In this document: piece by piece, positions 50,147 to 62,390 of the stretch
How the letters are laid out: each line of letters opens with the position of its first letter
How positions within the stretch are numbered: the stretch's first letter is position 1
Assembly (NCBI GenBank): GCA_051313645.2
Contig: JBNRSN020000016.1
Location: 111,290,001-111,354,000, forward strand
Length of the DNA: 64,000 bases
Direction of reading: 5' to 3'
Source: Centroscyllium fabricii
Taxonomy: Eukaryota
The notes under the pieces: generated by a model
What the model was told of the DNA's origin: nothing
Seen by the model: the letters and a program-made list of their open reading frames with translations, nothing else
Databases searched by the model: none
Program-made: the position numbers and the translations under genes

Positions 50147-51524
50147 TAGCCAGATGTAAGAATTGTAAGGCATGCTTTTACCAGGATAAGAGTTGAAAAA
50201 AGTTGAAAAAAAAAAAAATTTCTACTGATTTATCATTTAAAAATACTTTAAATAAAAGGTAAGTTTATTTTTAACTCCATTTAAAAACTTTAATAATTAA
50301 AAAAAAAAAAATTTTTGTTTAAAATAGTTAATTTCTGTAATTTCAAGTCATTTAAAAAATGTGATTTTTAAAAATTTATTCAAAGTTTTACTATGTTTTT
50401 GGGGTGATCTCCATTCATATATTTGACCGGTCTTCCTGTCAAGTGTATGAAGGGAGATCCCTTTCTGTGATTGGCTCCCCATGGCCCATGTGATCCCAGG
50501 GACGCTGCGAACTACCTGCACCTCTGGGATACGTGGGCACTGCGCACTGGCAGTTTACAGAGGCCCAGCAGTGGATTTTTGCGCTTCTCAGGAGCCCTCC
50601 GGTAAGGATGGCAATTTTTTTTTTCCAGATCGCAGGCCTCCGCCGCGGGAGGCCTGCGATCGGAATATCTGGGCGATACATTTTGTCATTTAAAAATTTC
50701 CATTATAAATCCCTATGGTGACATTTATGGTGCAAATTAAAGGGCGGGTGCCGGACAGCCTTTTTTGTGGGCCGCCTGCACCTGCCCCCTCTCGCCGCCT
50801 CAGGCGGGGTGCCGGCCGCTCAGCCTGGTACTCCCCTTGCGTGCTGGTCTCTTTTGCCGGCTCCCCGATGGGCCAGTAGGGCCCCGGTGCACGCTGCGCT
50901 CGACCCTGCTCCTTTTAATCAGGGGAGGGAAGCCTGCAGTACTGCAGTGCTACGTGCCAACACATGACGCTGCAATATTGAATGGGAGTGCCCCAAGAGG
51001 GCAGGGGAGCATTTTCAGTAGCGCCCTGCCTCCTGCTTGGGGTTCCACCATTCAAATTTGGGTGCGCGGCACTAAACGCCCCAGCGATGATTTTGCCCCC
51101 AATAGGACGCGAGCCAATTTTGGCCCAAGACTTTTTTAATGGATTGTGTGTTATTCGATATAACATTCTTGTTAACTTGTTGGACATAGCTGTGCAATGG
51201 TAGATTTGCATGTGTATATAAATACATTCTGTCTAGTGCACCTTTTTTCCGACACACTTGAGATGTCAAGCCTGCAGATGTGCACTTTGCTAGGTCAGGC
51301 TGCGATCTGATTGGCTCAAATTTCATATTTGACAAATCACAACTGAACAGCTAGACAAAATATCCATCACGCACAAGGAACGTGATTAGAGAAACTATTG
51401 AGAACCTAAGCAAACAGGTTAAGCACGTACAGGTAGCAAAATCTACCAATAAAGGAAAAGACAAAGGAAACCAATCAAATTGCTTGTTATTTTTAAGGTG
51501 CAATCTTATCTTATGTTTTCCACT

Positions 51525-52682
51525 AAGAATCATAAAAAGTTACAGCACGGAAGGAGGCCATTTCGGCCCATCGTGTCCGTGCCGGCCAACAAAGAGCTAT
51601 CCAGCCTAATCCCACTTCCCAGCTCTTGGTCCGTAGCCCTGCAGGTTACAGCATCCCAAGTGCACGTCCAATTGAAGAAATTTCCCCTCAAATCACCTCT
51701 AAACTTTCCACCAATTACTTTAAATCTGTGCCCCCTGGTTTTTGATCCCTCTGCTAAGAGAAATAGGTCCTTTCTATCCACTTTATCTGGGCCCCTCATT
51801 ATTTTATACACCTCAATAAGGTCTCCCCTCAGCCTCCTCTGTTCCAAGGAAAACAAACCCTGCCTCTCCAGTCTTTCCTCATAGCTAAGATTGTCTACTC
51901 CCGGCAACATCCTTGTAAATCTCCTCTGTACCCTCTCTAGTGCAATCACATCTTTCCTGTAATGTGGTGACCAGAACTGTACACAGTACTCTAGCTGAGG
52001 CCTAACTAATGTTTTATACAGTTGACGCCTAACCCCCCTGCTCTTGTATTCTATGCCTCGGCTAATAAAGGCAAGCATTCCGTATGCCTTCTTAACCACC
52101 TTATCTACTTGGCCTGCTACCTTCAGGGATGTGTGGACATGCACTCCAAGGTCCCTTTGTTTCTCTATACTACTCGGTGTCCTACCATTTAATGTGTATT
52201 CCCTTTCCTTGTTGGCCCTACCCAAATGCATTACCTCACATGTCTCATGATTGAATTCCATTTGGCACTGTTCTGCCCACCTGACCAATTTATTGATATC
52301 GTCCTGCAGTCTATAGCTTCGTTCTTCAGTATCAACCGCACAGCTGATTTTATGTATCAACTGCAAACTTCTTAATCATACCCCCTATATTCAAGTCTAG
52401 ATCATTGATATATTGCACAAAAAACAAGGGACCTAATACTGAGCCCTGCGGAACCCCACTGGAAACAGCCTTCCAGTCCCGAAAACACCCATCAACCATT
52501 ATCCTCTGCTTCCTGCCTTCGAGCCAATTTTGAATCGAACTTGACACTTTACCCTGGATCCCATGGGCCTTTAACTTCGTGACCAGTCTGTCATGTGGAA
52601 CCTTATCAAAAGCCTTGCTAAAGTCCATATGCACTACATCAAACGTACTACTCATCTACCCTCCTTGTTACCTCCTCAAAAA
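51525..52682 (-). mobile_element. CR1 LINE RT fragment
   Basis: DFSKAFDKV; GVPQGSVLGP; RPQLEYCVQFWSP. Confidence 0.9.
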
Positions 52683-53411
52683 ATAACTCAGGACTCTGCT
52701 GGAATTGAGGTTTGTGTGGAATCCTTTGGCAATTGAGATATGTGGAATGGGCAAAAGTTTTGAAGTGTTTTCAAACAATGCCCCATTTGTTAGCCATGTA
52801 TGGTCATTCAGGAGAAACCCAGTACTTTGGTGTTGACAAACTTCTTTGATCATCTTTGAAGAGAGGCTTTTTAAAATTCAATACACTGCATAAGTCAGTC
52901 AAAGCAGCAGAAATATTGGGTTTGGGGGGTGGGGGTGGGTTAAGTAACTTCTGCCCTTGATGTGTGAACCAGAGACTGAGAGAAATAAATCCTTTTTACA
53001 TTGATGTAACATTCCCTGAAGTGGGCTTGTGGAACGTGTCTTTTTTTGTAACAGTGTGTGAACAGAAATTGTACTGATTGTATCAAGTAAATTTCATAAT
53101 GCTCAGTGTTCTGTGTATTTTCTCTGCCATAGTATTGATAAATGCCAGAGAGAAGAGCTTGGAGCTGTTATCTCTGTGCCAGGATGAAAGTTCTCAACGC
53201 AGAGTCTTGTTTATAGATTTATTAGAGGAAATGATACTCGCAGAGAATGCACACAATAACGCAAAGGCTACGGGAAACCTTGCGTTACAGTTGCTGAGCG
53301 CAGTCGCAGGGTGATCAGCAACGGGTCATCCTAACTTCACATTACAGAGGTCTCGCTATTATCCTTCCATTACATCATGTCCTGCATTCTGCAAACTTTA
53401 CATTTGGTTTA

Positions 53412-53878
53412 GGGGGAGGCGGTGGCGTAGTGGTTATGTCACTAGACTAGTAAACCAGAGGCTCAGTCAAATGCTCTGAGGATATGGGTTCAAATCCCAC
53501 CACGGCAGCCGGTGGAATTTAAATTCAATTCAATTTAATTCTGGAATTAAATGTTAGTCTTAGTAATGGCGACCATGATACCATTGTCGATTGTTGCAAA
53601 AACCCATCTGGTTCACTAATGTCCTTTAGGGAAGGAAATCTGCCGTCCTTACCTGGTCTGGCCTACATGTGACTCCAGACCCACAGCAATGTGGTTGACT
53701 CTTAATGCCCTCTGAAATGGCCTAGCAAGCCACTCAGTTGTAAACAACTGCTACGAAAAACAATAAGACTGCAGCGGTTCAAGAAGGCGGCTCACCACCA
53801 TCTTCTCCAGGGCAGTTAGGGATGGCCACTAAATGCAGGCCTAGCCAGCCAGCGACACCCACATCCCATCAATGAATC
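53412..53878 (+). mobile_element. tRNA-derived SINE with the tail of the 46258-46810 LINE family
   Basis: A box GTGGCGTAGTGG; B box GGTTCAAATCC; tail CAGCGGTTCAAGAAGGCGGCTCACCACC. Confidence 0.85.
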
Positions 53879-54944
53879 ATTTCACAGATTTGAATCAGCT
53901 GATGAAAGTTCCATAATGGGTCTCTGGCCAGAATAAAAGCTGTCTTGTCTTTTTACATGTACAGAAAGCTAAACATAGTAGTCAAACAGATAGATTTATG
54001 TATCGGAAGGTCAGAACTACACAAATAACAAAAAAATGACGATGTCATTTATCTCATGATCTGATGGTGTCCATTTTTGTCTGATTCTGCTCCTGTGAAG
54101 TGCCTTGGAATGTTTTGCTATGTTAAAGGTGCTTTTTATAGCAACTTTCATGTAAGGTGATGTTTCATAAGGAAAACTAATGTCGTAGTTAGGAGGGGTA
54201 ATCAAAAGATTGGTTTTGGGAGGTGGAGAGAATTCCAATTTACAAAAAATGTACTGGCCCCTAATTGACCTGAACAATTTACAAACAGTTACAATTGCCT
54301 AGATTCCTAAAGAAAGTCGTTGAGCAGCGCCCGTAATAGAGGCTTGGGTAGCAGCTGAACATCGCAGCCTTGCTCAAAACACCTGACTAGCAATGGCACA
54401 GGGGATCCATTAGTACCTGTACCTAGTAAAGTAGCATCTGGATACTGATGAAGTAGTCAACAGAAAATGGGACAATGTATTTTGGTCGATAAAGCGTGCA
54501 ATCAAAGGACATGGAAAATGATCAGACTGAAATTTCTCAGTTTCTTTTGAGTATTACAAATATGTTTTTAAACTATATTATGCAAGGTGAATACATTCTT
54601 CTGAGTACTGTCAGTAATCTGCTTGACAGCTGAATTCTCAGGTGTTTGTGTCTGAGTGGTTGGGGAGGAGATTTTTTTTTATTATTTTTTTTAAAGCACA
54701 TTCCTGGGGAGATTGTGGTGTCTGTTAAGGATTGAATAGTGCCTGCTGAAGAAGTCCGAGTAAAGCCTAAAGTGTGCCTTCATTTATAAACTACCACTGC
54801 ACATTTTGAAGTTGCCCAGATATGCATGATACAGTTATGTAGATGAAGCTGTGATAATTTCCCAATGATTAAAGTCCCCTGTCACAATGATGGTTTTTTA
54901 GATTTTATTAGATTTTTAATATAAATGGCATTAGACAAGATATT

Positions 54945-55180
54945 TGTGTGAAGTTTGCACATTCTCCCTGTGTCTGCGTGGGTTTCCTCCGGGTGCTCCT
55001 GTTTCCTCCCACAGCCCAAAGATGTGCGGGTTAGGTTGATTGGTCAGGATAAATTGACCCTTAGTGTTAGGGGGGTTAAATATGTGGGGTTACGGGGATA
55101 GGGTGGGATATGTGTCGGTGCAAGCTCGATGGGCCAAAATGGCCTCTATCTGCACTGTAGAGATTCTATGATTCTATGAT
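54945..55180 (+). mobile_element. HE1-like V-SINE, 5'-truncated
   Basis: V-domain; (ATTCTATG)n tail. Confidence 0.85.
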
Positions 55181-56099
55181 ATTGTGAATCCTGTGCTGTA
55201 CTTTTTATGGCAAATTAGATGTACATTGTAATTCTCTAACTGTATTTACCATACGCTCCTTACTTTTAATTTAAAATGACAACTGCCTTTGTTGACTAAT
55301 TTGATCGGCCTATTGCTGTAATTCAGTTTCTCAACCATTGTCTTGCAGTTTATTTGAGAAGAATACCTCGGTGCACCTCGAGTAGAGCTCAATCGCATTG
55401 GCTTTTTCCTTTTTGTGAGGTAGAAATGTAGTTGTGTTTCACAAAATTAACTTTATATTTAGTTTGCCTGTGCAAATGTCACTGAATTACAAAATTGTTG
55501 GTTCAGTTTTCAATGTCATCACTGCACCAACTGGCATCAGGGAATTTGTGAGAGGAAGAGCTGTTTTTCTGTATCCTGCATTTGGTGTGACTTCTCAAAC
55601 AAGTATGTGATTATTACCATTTTTAATGACTGTTCTAAGTGTGTACATTGCTATAAATGAGGCATATGGCAAATACAGGTTTCTATCACTTTGGTGAAGA
55701 GAGAAGTTATCACAGATTTGTTATTAACGTTGCTCAATATAAACTTGTTTTAACAATGGTATGTGGTTGTTGGAGACATAGGAAATGCTTCTAGGCTGAT
55801 TTGAAAAATTACAGATTAGTTATAAAATTACCTTTTTTTTAAATCTGGGATGTTTAAGTATGCATGAAACAGATGGAATGCAGCCAAAAATACACAAGGA
55901 AATTAATAAAAATGGAGGGAACTCATTAATACAGGAGTAGTAGCAGATGATTGGAAAAGACAATGTTAAAAGGTTAAACATGATTTTGGAAATTATAAGC
56001 TGTTGGTTTGACATCTGGTAAGAAAAATATTGGAGTTTATTATAAAAGAGACAGTTGAACAATTAATGAGAATGAAGGATCTCATTGCAAACCCAAATG

Positions 56100-56930
56100 G
56101 GTTTGTTTCAAATACAGGTCACGGCAAGCTAATTTATTGAATTACTTCAGAATGTTAATAGAATGGCTGCGTAAGAGTGGATGTCTGGAATTTGAAGGCA
56201 ACGGAGACTTGTAACTAAACTGAAAGTACTTGGGATCCAGGATGATTCTGTAACTAGCCTTAAACAATAAGAAACAAAGGGGAGAGGTTCGAATTGAAGA
56301 GCTGTAACCAGTGGAGCAGTTTGTGCTCCAGTTCCTGGAATATCTATTCTCAGTGTTTGTCCTTGATGAATACATTCAAAGGTGCCTAAGTTTGCAGATG
56401 ACACTTGAGTTGTGTGGAATGCAGGATGTGTCAGGGAAAGGGATAAAATTCGGGAAGCTTTGTGGAAACCTAGCAACTAGCCAGATGAATTGTAAATTGC
56501 ATTTAATATTGAGACCTACGCTACTGACATTAGTAGTGATAAGGGCAGGTGTACTTAAAAATGAAAGGTGTGTGTGTGTATATATATACAGTACCATTAA
56601 CATGAGTCAAGTTAAAGATCTGGGTTTAGTAGATGACTGAATATTGGAATTATGTCACAGCATATAAATAAATACAAGGAATGATTGACTCTATGCAAAG
56701 CTCGAGTGCCAATACCCTATCTAGAGGGGCTGGAAAGGATTGCAGGCATTAAATGATAGACTCATGAAGAGTGGCCAACAAAGTTAAATCTCTTGCTGCA
56801 AAAAGGTTAAGGAAATTAAGACTTTTTGTGAATTAACAAAGGAATCAATAAACTGGATATAGACGGATACCTTGCGCAACGTTAGACTAGATCCAGTAGT
56901 AGATTATTATAAACAGAAGGACCATTGAGC
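56100..56930 (+). mobile_element. Very old CR1 remnant
   Basis: AAGTTTGCAGATGACACT (KFADDT) and degenerate flanking RT motifs. Confidence 0.5.
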
Positions 56931-56996
56931 TTAATCTTGCATAATCCTGGGAGCTGTGATTTATGGAATATACCGCCCCCTATCTTGGTAAATGGT

Positions 56997-57198
56997 CAAA
57001 TGCAAGAAGTCACACAACACCAGGTTATAGTCCAACAGTTTTATTTTAAGTCACAAGCTTTCGGAGCGTCTGCCCCTTCATCAGGCGAAAGAGACGAAGG
57101 GGCAGACGCTCCGAAAGCTTGTGATTTAAAATAAAACTGTTGGACTATAACCTGGTGTTGTGTGACTTCTTGCATTTGTCCAACACCGGCACCTCCAC
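56997..57198. mobile_element. Penelope-derived inverted mini-element with hammerhead core (57051-57088, minus strand)
   Basis: Opposed arms; perfect 15-bp TSD ATCTTGGTAAATGGT. Confidence 0.88.
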
Positions 57199-57363
57199 AT
57201 CTTGGTAAATGGTGACTTCATTGAGGCATTCAAATGGGGTTGGATGAATTCCTGATTTAGCAAACAGCAGAAGGATATGACAAGAGGTGATAGAAATGGT
57301 CCGAACAGGTCCTGAAAAGGGACCTGGACTACTGAATGAGATGGCTGGCTTTTTCTCATGTTA

Positions 57364-58126
57364 CAGGTTGAGCACCGGTAATCCGGCACCCGATGGTCCG
57401 GCATCTTCAGTGGTCCGGCACGAATGGAAACCGGCGGTTTTCAGTTTGCGGAGCAGCCGCTTGGCGGCGCCACCGTTTCCTGTGAAGGGTGGGCGAACGC
57501 CGACGGCGTCAGGCGTTTGGGTTGCTGTTAGTTTAGGTCTTCTAAGTGTTCTATCCCCAGGCTCCCTCCCAGGGAGTGTTTTACCCGCGCTCTCCGGGCC
57601 CTGGGGAGTGTTTTACCCGCGTGCTCCGGGCCCCGGTGAGTGTTCTACCGCGTGCTCCGGGCCCCGGGGAGTGTTATACCCACGCACTTCAGGCCCCGGG
57701 GAGTGTTCTACCCGCGCGCTCTGGGCCCCGGGGAGTGTTCTACCCGCGCGTTCCGTACCCCGGGGAGTGTTCTACCCGCGTGCTCTGGACCCCAGGGAGT
57801 GTTCTACCCGCGTGCTCTGGACCCCGGGGAGTGTTCTACCCGCGTGCTCCGGGCCCTGGGGAGTGTTCTACCCGCGTGCTTCGGGCCCCGGGGAGTGTTC
57901 TACCCGCGCGCTCCGGGCCCCGGGGAGTGTTCTACCCGCGTGCTCCGGGCCCTGGGGAGTGTTCTACCCGCGTGCTTCGGGCCCCGGGGAGTGTTCTACC
58001 CGCGCGCTCCGGGCCCCGGGGCGTGTTCTACCCGCGCGCTCCCCCCGAACCTTCAGTGGTTTGGAATTTTCAATGGTTTGGCACCGGCCTGGTCCCGAGG
58101 GTGCCGGATTACCGGTGCTCAACCTG
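57364..58126. mobile_element. Tigger-like MITE (same family as 35842) with a 32-bp minisatellite at 57545-58045
   Basis: Same TIRs; about 15 copies of GGGGAGTGTTCTACCCGCGYGCTCCGGGCCCY. Confidence 0.9.
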
Positions 58127-58304
58127 CATCAGAACCTCTTCTGTAAAGAGTGTTCGAAGTACTTTGAATTTAAATGCTGAACAAACCTAAGAGTTATCCT
58201 AGTAATGTTTTCCATTTATTTATTTAAACTCTCAAGGAAGAAATATTTTCTAGCTTTGCACACATTATGAATCAACCCTCTTCTCTTTGAACCAGAGGTC
58301 TTTA

Positions 58305-58700
58305 TATATGGCCCAGTGGTTAGCACTGTTGTCTCACAGCACTGGAGACCCGGGTTCACATTCAGCCTCGGGTACTATCTGTGTGGAGTTTGCACATTCT
58401 CCCCGTGTCTGCGTGGGTTTCCTCCGGGTGCTCCGGTTTCCTCCCACAGTCCAAAGATGTGCGGGTTAGGTTGATTGGCCATGATAAATTGACCCTTAGT
58501 GTTAGGGGGATTGAATATGTGGGGTTACGGGGATAGGGTGGGCTATGTGTCGATGCAGGCTCAATGGGGATCGAGGGATATGGGGATAGGGCAGGGGCGG
58601 GGTACTGGGGTTTGGATGATCAGCCATGATCTCATTGAATGGCGGAGCAGGCTCGAAGGGCCGAATGGCCTACTCCTGCTCCTATCTTCTATGTTTCTAT
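58305..58700 (+). mobile_element. HE1-like V-SINE with CR1 tail
   Basis: tRNA head, V-domain, GGGCCGAATGGCCTACTCCTGCTCC tail. Confidence 0.88.
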
Positions 58701-59477
58701 ATTGTTGCAATTAAGTAGAAACAAGGGCTTTAGCAATTGCAGTAAGTAAATGTAATCAGAGCCTGCAGCCCTTCACCTAAAATGACTCCTTTAGATAACT
58801 TAAAAAAAAATCAATTGTTGTTGACTGTTAATGACGGTGGACATTGCTGCATTTTACTTTAATGGCTAAAATGGTATGCTGGGATTTGATTAAAAAGGAA
58901 TAGTATTTGGCATTCATTTAAATTAATCAAAATTATGTATTCGGGCATTGGCAGCTACTTATTATCATATACAAGCCTTTAGAAATCTGATGTGACATTT
59001 AACAAGTAGAAACACTGAAAACCATCTGGAATAGCAGAGGCTAGGGTTGGATGGCATTTCAATTGTGCAATATTTTTATTGCAAAGACGATTGTTGATTT
59101 TTCGAGTGGAAGAGTGGGTAGGTATTTGCCAACAAACACTTCATTAGCTCTGTGAATGAAAAGTTGTTGTTAGACTGCACAGCAACTTGACTTGATTTCA
59201 AACTTGGAGCCAGAAAATGGAGTGATTCTCCTGATGCTCAGCCCAAAGCAGTCATCCTCCCCATTTGCAGCGCATTTTATAAAGAATGGCTTGGTGGCAT
59301 TATTGCAGAGCAGGACATTTGTTTTATCACCGTCCTGGCCTTGCCCTTTGGCACCCCAGTGTGAATTTTAAAGGACTTTCTGTGCTCCCAGCAACAATCA
59401 GCATTTGCTTTGTTTGCCATCTGCCCTTGCTAATTGAAGTGCTGAGGGAAAAATTGATTTTTTTTTGTAATCACTCT

Positions 59478-60252
59478 GGGCGGGGGCAGAGGGGGGGGGG
59501 GGGAACTTTGCCGGAAGGGCGGGAACCTTGCAGGGATTGGTCAGGGCGGCTTCCTGTCCCGCCCAAACAGCTGGGAAGGCCACACAATTTTAATTTAATT
59601 GGGTTGTTAAATCCCCGCCGGCGGCAGCGGGAGGTAATTAAGTCAATCGAGTTGGGCTGCATTGGGGCTGCGAGGAGTTTGATTGACAGTTCCAGCACTG
59701 GTTGTTGACAGTTCCCATGGAAACACTCCACTGTGACATCACAGTCGAGTGGAACCAATGAGAACGGTCAAGTGCTGGTGACTGACAGGTGGGCGGGCAG
59801 GCTCAGAATCCTTGACAGCTCGCACCGGCTGTCAGGAAATGTGCAGAACTGAGGTTTCTCAGTTTCTGCTCACAGCTGCTGCAGCCAGCACGGAGTCACT
59901 TACTCCTCTAAGGTGCTGGAGGCATGCCAAGCATTTGGCAGCATGTCCCTCACACCTTGAGGGAGAAAGTAATAACCAGCACTGTGCTGCCGATTGGGTT
60001 TCACCCAGCGGGGTTTAAGGTGGCGGGGTTAGGGCGGAAAACAGGTCAAAATGGCTGCGGGCCCTTAAAATGGCATTAAAGATGCCAATTAAGGGCCCTT
60101 AACGAGGTGACAACCCATCCCCGGCGGTGGGAAGGTTTCGGGGTGGGGGAAAATGAGAAAGCGGCGGGGGAGGTCGGGACCCGCCGGTTCCGCTATTTTG
60201 CCAGCCAGGCCGCCGAAAACCCCGCCTCACGGGGACATAAAATTACCCCCCT
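59478..60252. repeat. GC-rich interspersed repeat, copy 1
   Basis: Colinear with but diverged from 61590-62390. Confidence 0.7.
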
Positions 60253-60728
60253 CTGTGTGAGTTCTTGGTCTCGTGGTCTGTTTGGGGTGGGAAAATCTAA
60301 AGGTGAATTCACCTGGGTTACTCTTACTTGTCAAGTAGTGGACAGTTCAGAGTAGCATTAATGGAGGCTTAAACACCGATCATCTGCCTTTGGGGAATAT
60401 GTGTGCATGATATAATATAATATACAAATAAGGAGCAGGGAGCAGAGAGACAAAAGCGGCTGCAGATCCTTTCCAACATTTGAGGGTTTATTTGATTTCT
60501 TAATTTAAGACTTTTCCTTTACGTTAATAACACAGAGGGACACCTGAATGGCCATGCGGCCAGTAATGACAGTATGTGAGCATTAGATCACAGCAGATAG
60601 TATATTTCACAAATGCTCGTGTTGGATGAGTTGAGCACCTAGTCGGAGGCTGGCAACCTAGAGCGAGGGGCTGCAAAAAGATAAAAGTGACCAAGTCAGG
60701 CTCACCAGTGATTTGGCCCAGTGTGCTC

Positions 60729-60957
60729 TGTAATGATATTGAGACTTCCGGCAGGAAGTCAGATGAACTCTGCTTATGAACTTCCAGTGACATCACTTCC
60801 TGTACATGTCACTTCCTGTGTAGTAGTATAAATTCTGCTACTATTCAGACTGAGATAATGCTTCTCTATGTAAATATGTTAAAACTCTCAACTCTGTAAA
60901 TAGCTGATTAAAGCTTTGCTTAAAGTATTTGATGTGTAAGTCGCTTTTGTCACCTCA
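60729..60957 (+). mobile_element. Solo LTR (229 bp)
   Basis: TG...CA; 5-bp TSD TGCTC; TATAAA; ATTAAA; four ACTTCC motifs. Confidence 0.85.
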
Positions 60958-61009
60958 TGCTCCAAATGGGAGATAAAAGAAATAACTCTCGTCTCTGAGT
61001 GGCAAACAG

Positions 61010-61380
61010 CTTTAATTTATATAGTGCCTTTCATGACCCTGGGGCATCCCAAAACCAATTTTGAAGTGTAGTCGTGTTGTAATGTGGGGAAATGCAGCAG
61101 CCAATTTGTGCACAGCAAGATTCCACAGACAGCAGTGAGATAAAGGACCAGGTGATCTGTTTCAGTGATGTTGATCGAGGAATAAATATTTTGCCGGGAC
61201 ATGTGAGAACTCCCCATCTCTTTTAATCGCGCCATGGGATCTTTTACATCGAGCAGACATGGCCTTGGTTTACCATCTCATCCGAATGATGGCACCACCG
61301 ACAGTGCAGCACTCCCTCAGTACTGCACTGAAGTGTCAGCCTGGATTACATGCTCAAGTCTCTGGAGTGTGGCTTGAACT
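61010..61380 (-). mobile_element. Deu-domain-type SINE
   Basis: Homologous to 28915-29590 and 63400-63570. Confidence 0.7.
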
Positions 61381-61589
61381 ATAAATTGTTTATAAAGCTT
61401 TCAACCCATCATACCATCTGCAGCATATATTGAGGGAGAGGTGTTCCAGTGGTGCAGAGGCACAGGGATATGCTGTCTGCAGCACAGCGCAGAATCGGGA
61501 TCTCGCTTACCCTTGGGTAGTTGCTGGTACCATTTGGTGTGGAGCCAAACATATTGCTCTCCCCAATTGCTGTGCTTTAATGTCACTTT

Positions 61590-62390
61590 GGGAGGGATTT
61601 TCCTGGAAGTGCGGGAACCTGGCGGGGATTGGTCGGGGTGGGTTCCTGTCCCGCCCGGCCAAGGGCCTGGGAACCCCACGCAATTTTCATTTAATTGATT
61701 AATCAAATCCCTGCATGCGGGGAGCCGGTGGTAATTGACTCAATCGAGTCGGAGCTCCAGCAGGCTGCGAGGAGCTTGACAGACAGTTCCAGGACTGGTT
61801 GTTGACAGTTCCCATGGAAACACTCCACTGTGACATCACAGTGGAGTGCAGCCAATGGGAAAGGCCAAGTGCTGGTGACTGACAGGTGGGCAGGCGGGAT
61901 CCGAATCTTTGACAGCTCGGCACCGGCTGTCAGCAAATCTGGAAAGGTAAGATTTATGAGTTTTTGGTCACAGCTGGTCTTGACCCAAGGGAATGACTTA
62001 CTCCTCCAAGGTGTTGAAGGCTTGGGAAGCATTTTGCTCCAGGTCCTTCAACACCTTGAAAGAGAAAGTTATAAAGACCACTGTGCTCCCGCTGGGTTTT
62101 CACTAGCGGGGTTTTAGGATGGCGGGGTTAGGGTGGGAAGGGGGTGAAAATTCCTAAGGGCCTTTAAAATGGCATTACACATGCCAATTAAGGGCGCTTA
62201 ATGAGCTGACAAACCATTCCCGCCGGCCGCCGGCTGCTGGCGGGAAAGATTCGGGGCGGGGAGACAGGGCGGGGGAAAATGTCAAAGCGGCAGGGAGCCG
62301 GCGGGGGGAGGTCGCGACGCACCGGTTCCGCTATTTTGCTGGCCGACCCGCCAAAAACCCCGACTCATGGGGAGATGAAAATCCCCCCCT
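61590..62390. repeat. GC-rich interspersed repeat, copy 2 (MITE-like ends)
   Basis: GGGAGGGATTTTC / GAAAATCCCCCC termini. Confidence 0.7.

Noticed and set aside
53412-53505. tRNA gene (also 24110-24190, 58305-58370, 63832-63905)
   Set aside because: A and B boxes continue into SINE bodies and LINE tails; no cloverleaf plus terminator.
57287-58190. Three overlapping repetitive ORFs or a CRISPR-like array
   Set aside because: Stop-free 32-bp minisatellite inside a MITE; no spacers.
59478-62390. Local segmental duplication or an LTR pair
   Set aside because: Copies are clearly diverged, lack TG...CA ends and enclose no retroviral coding sequence; better explained as two copies of a dispersed repeat.
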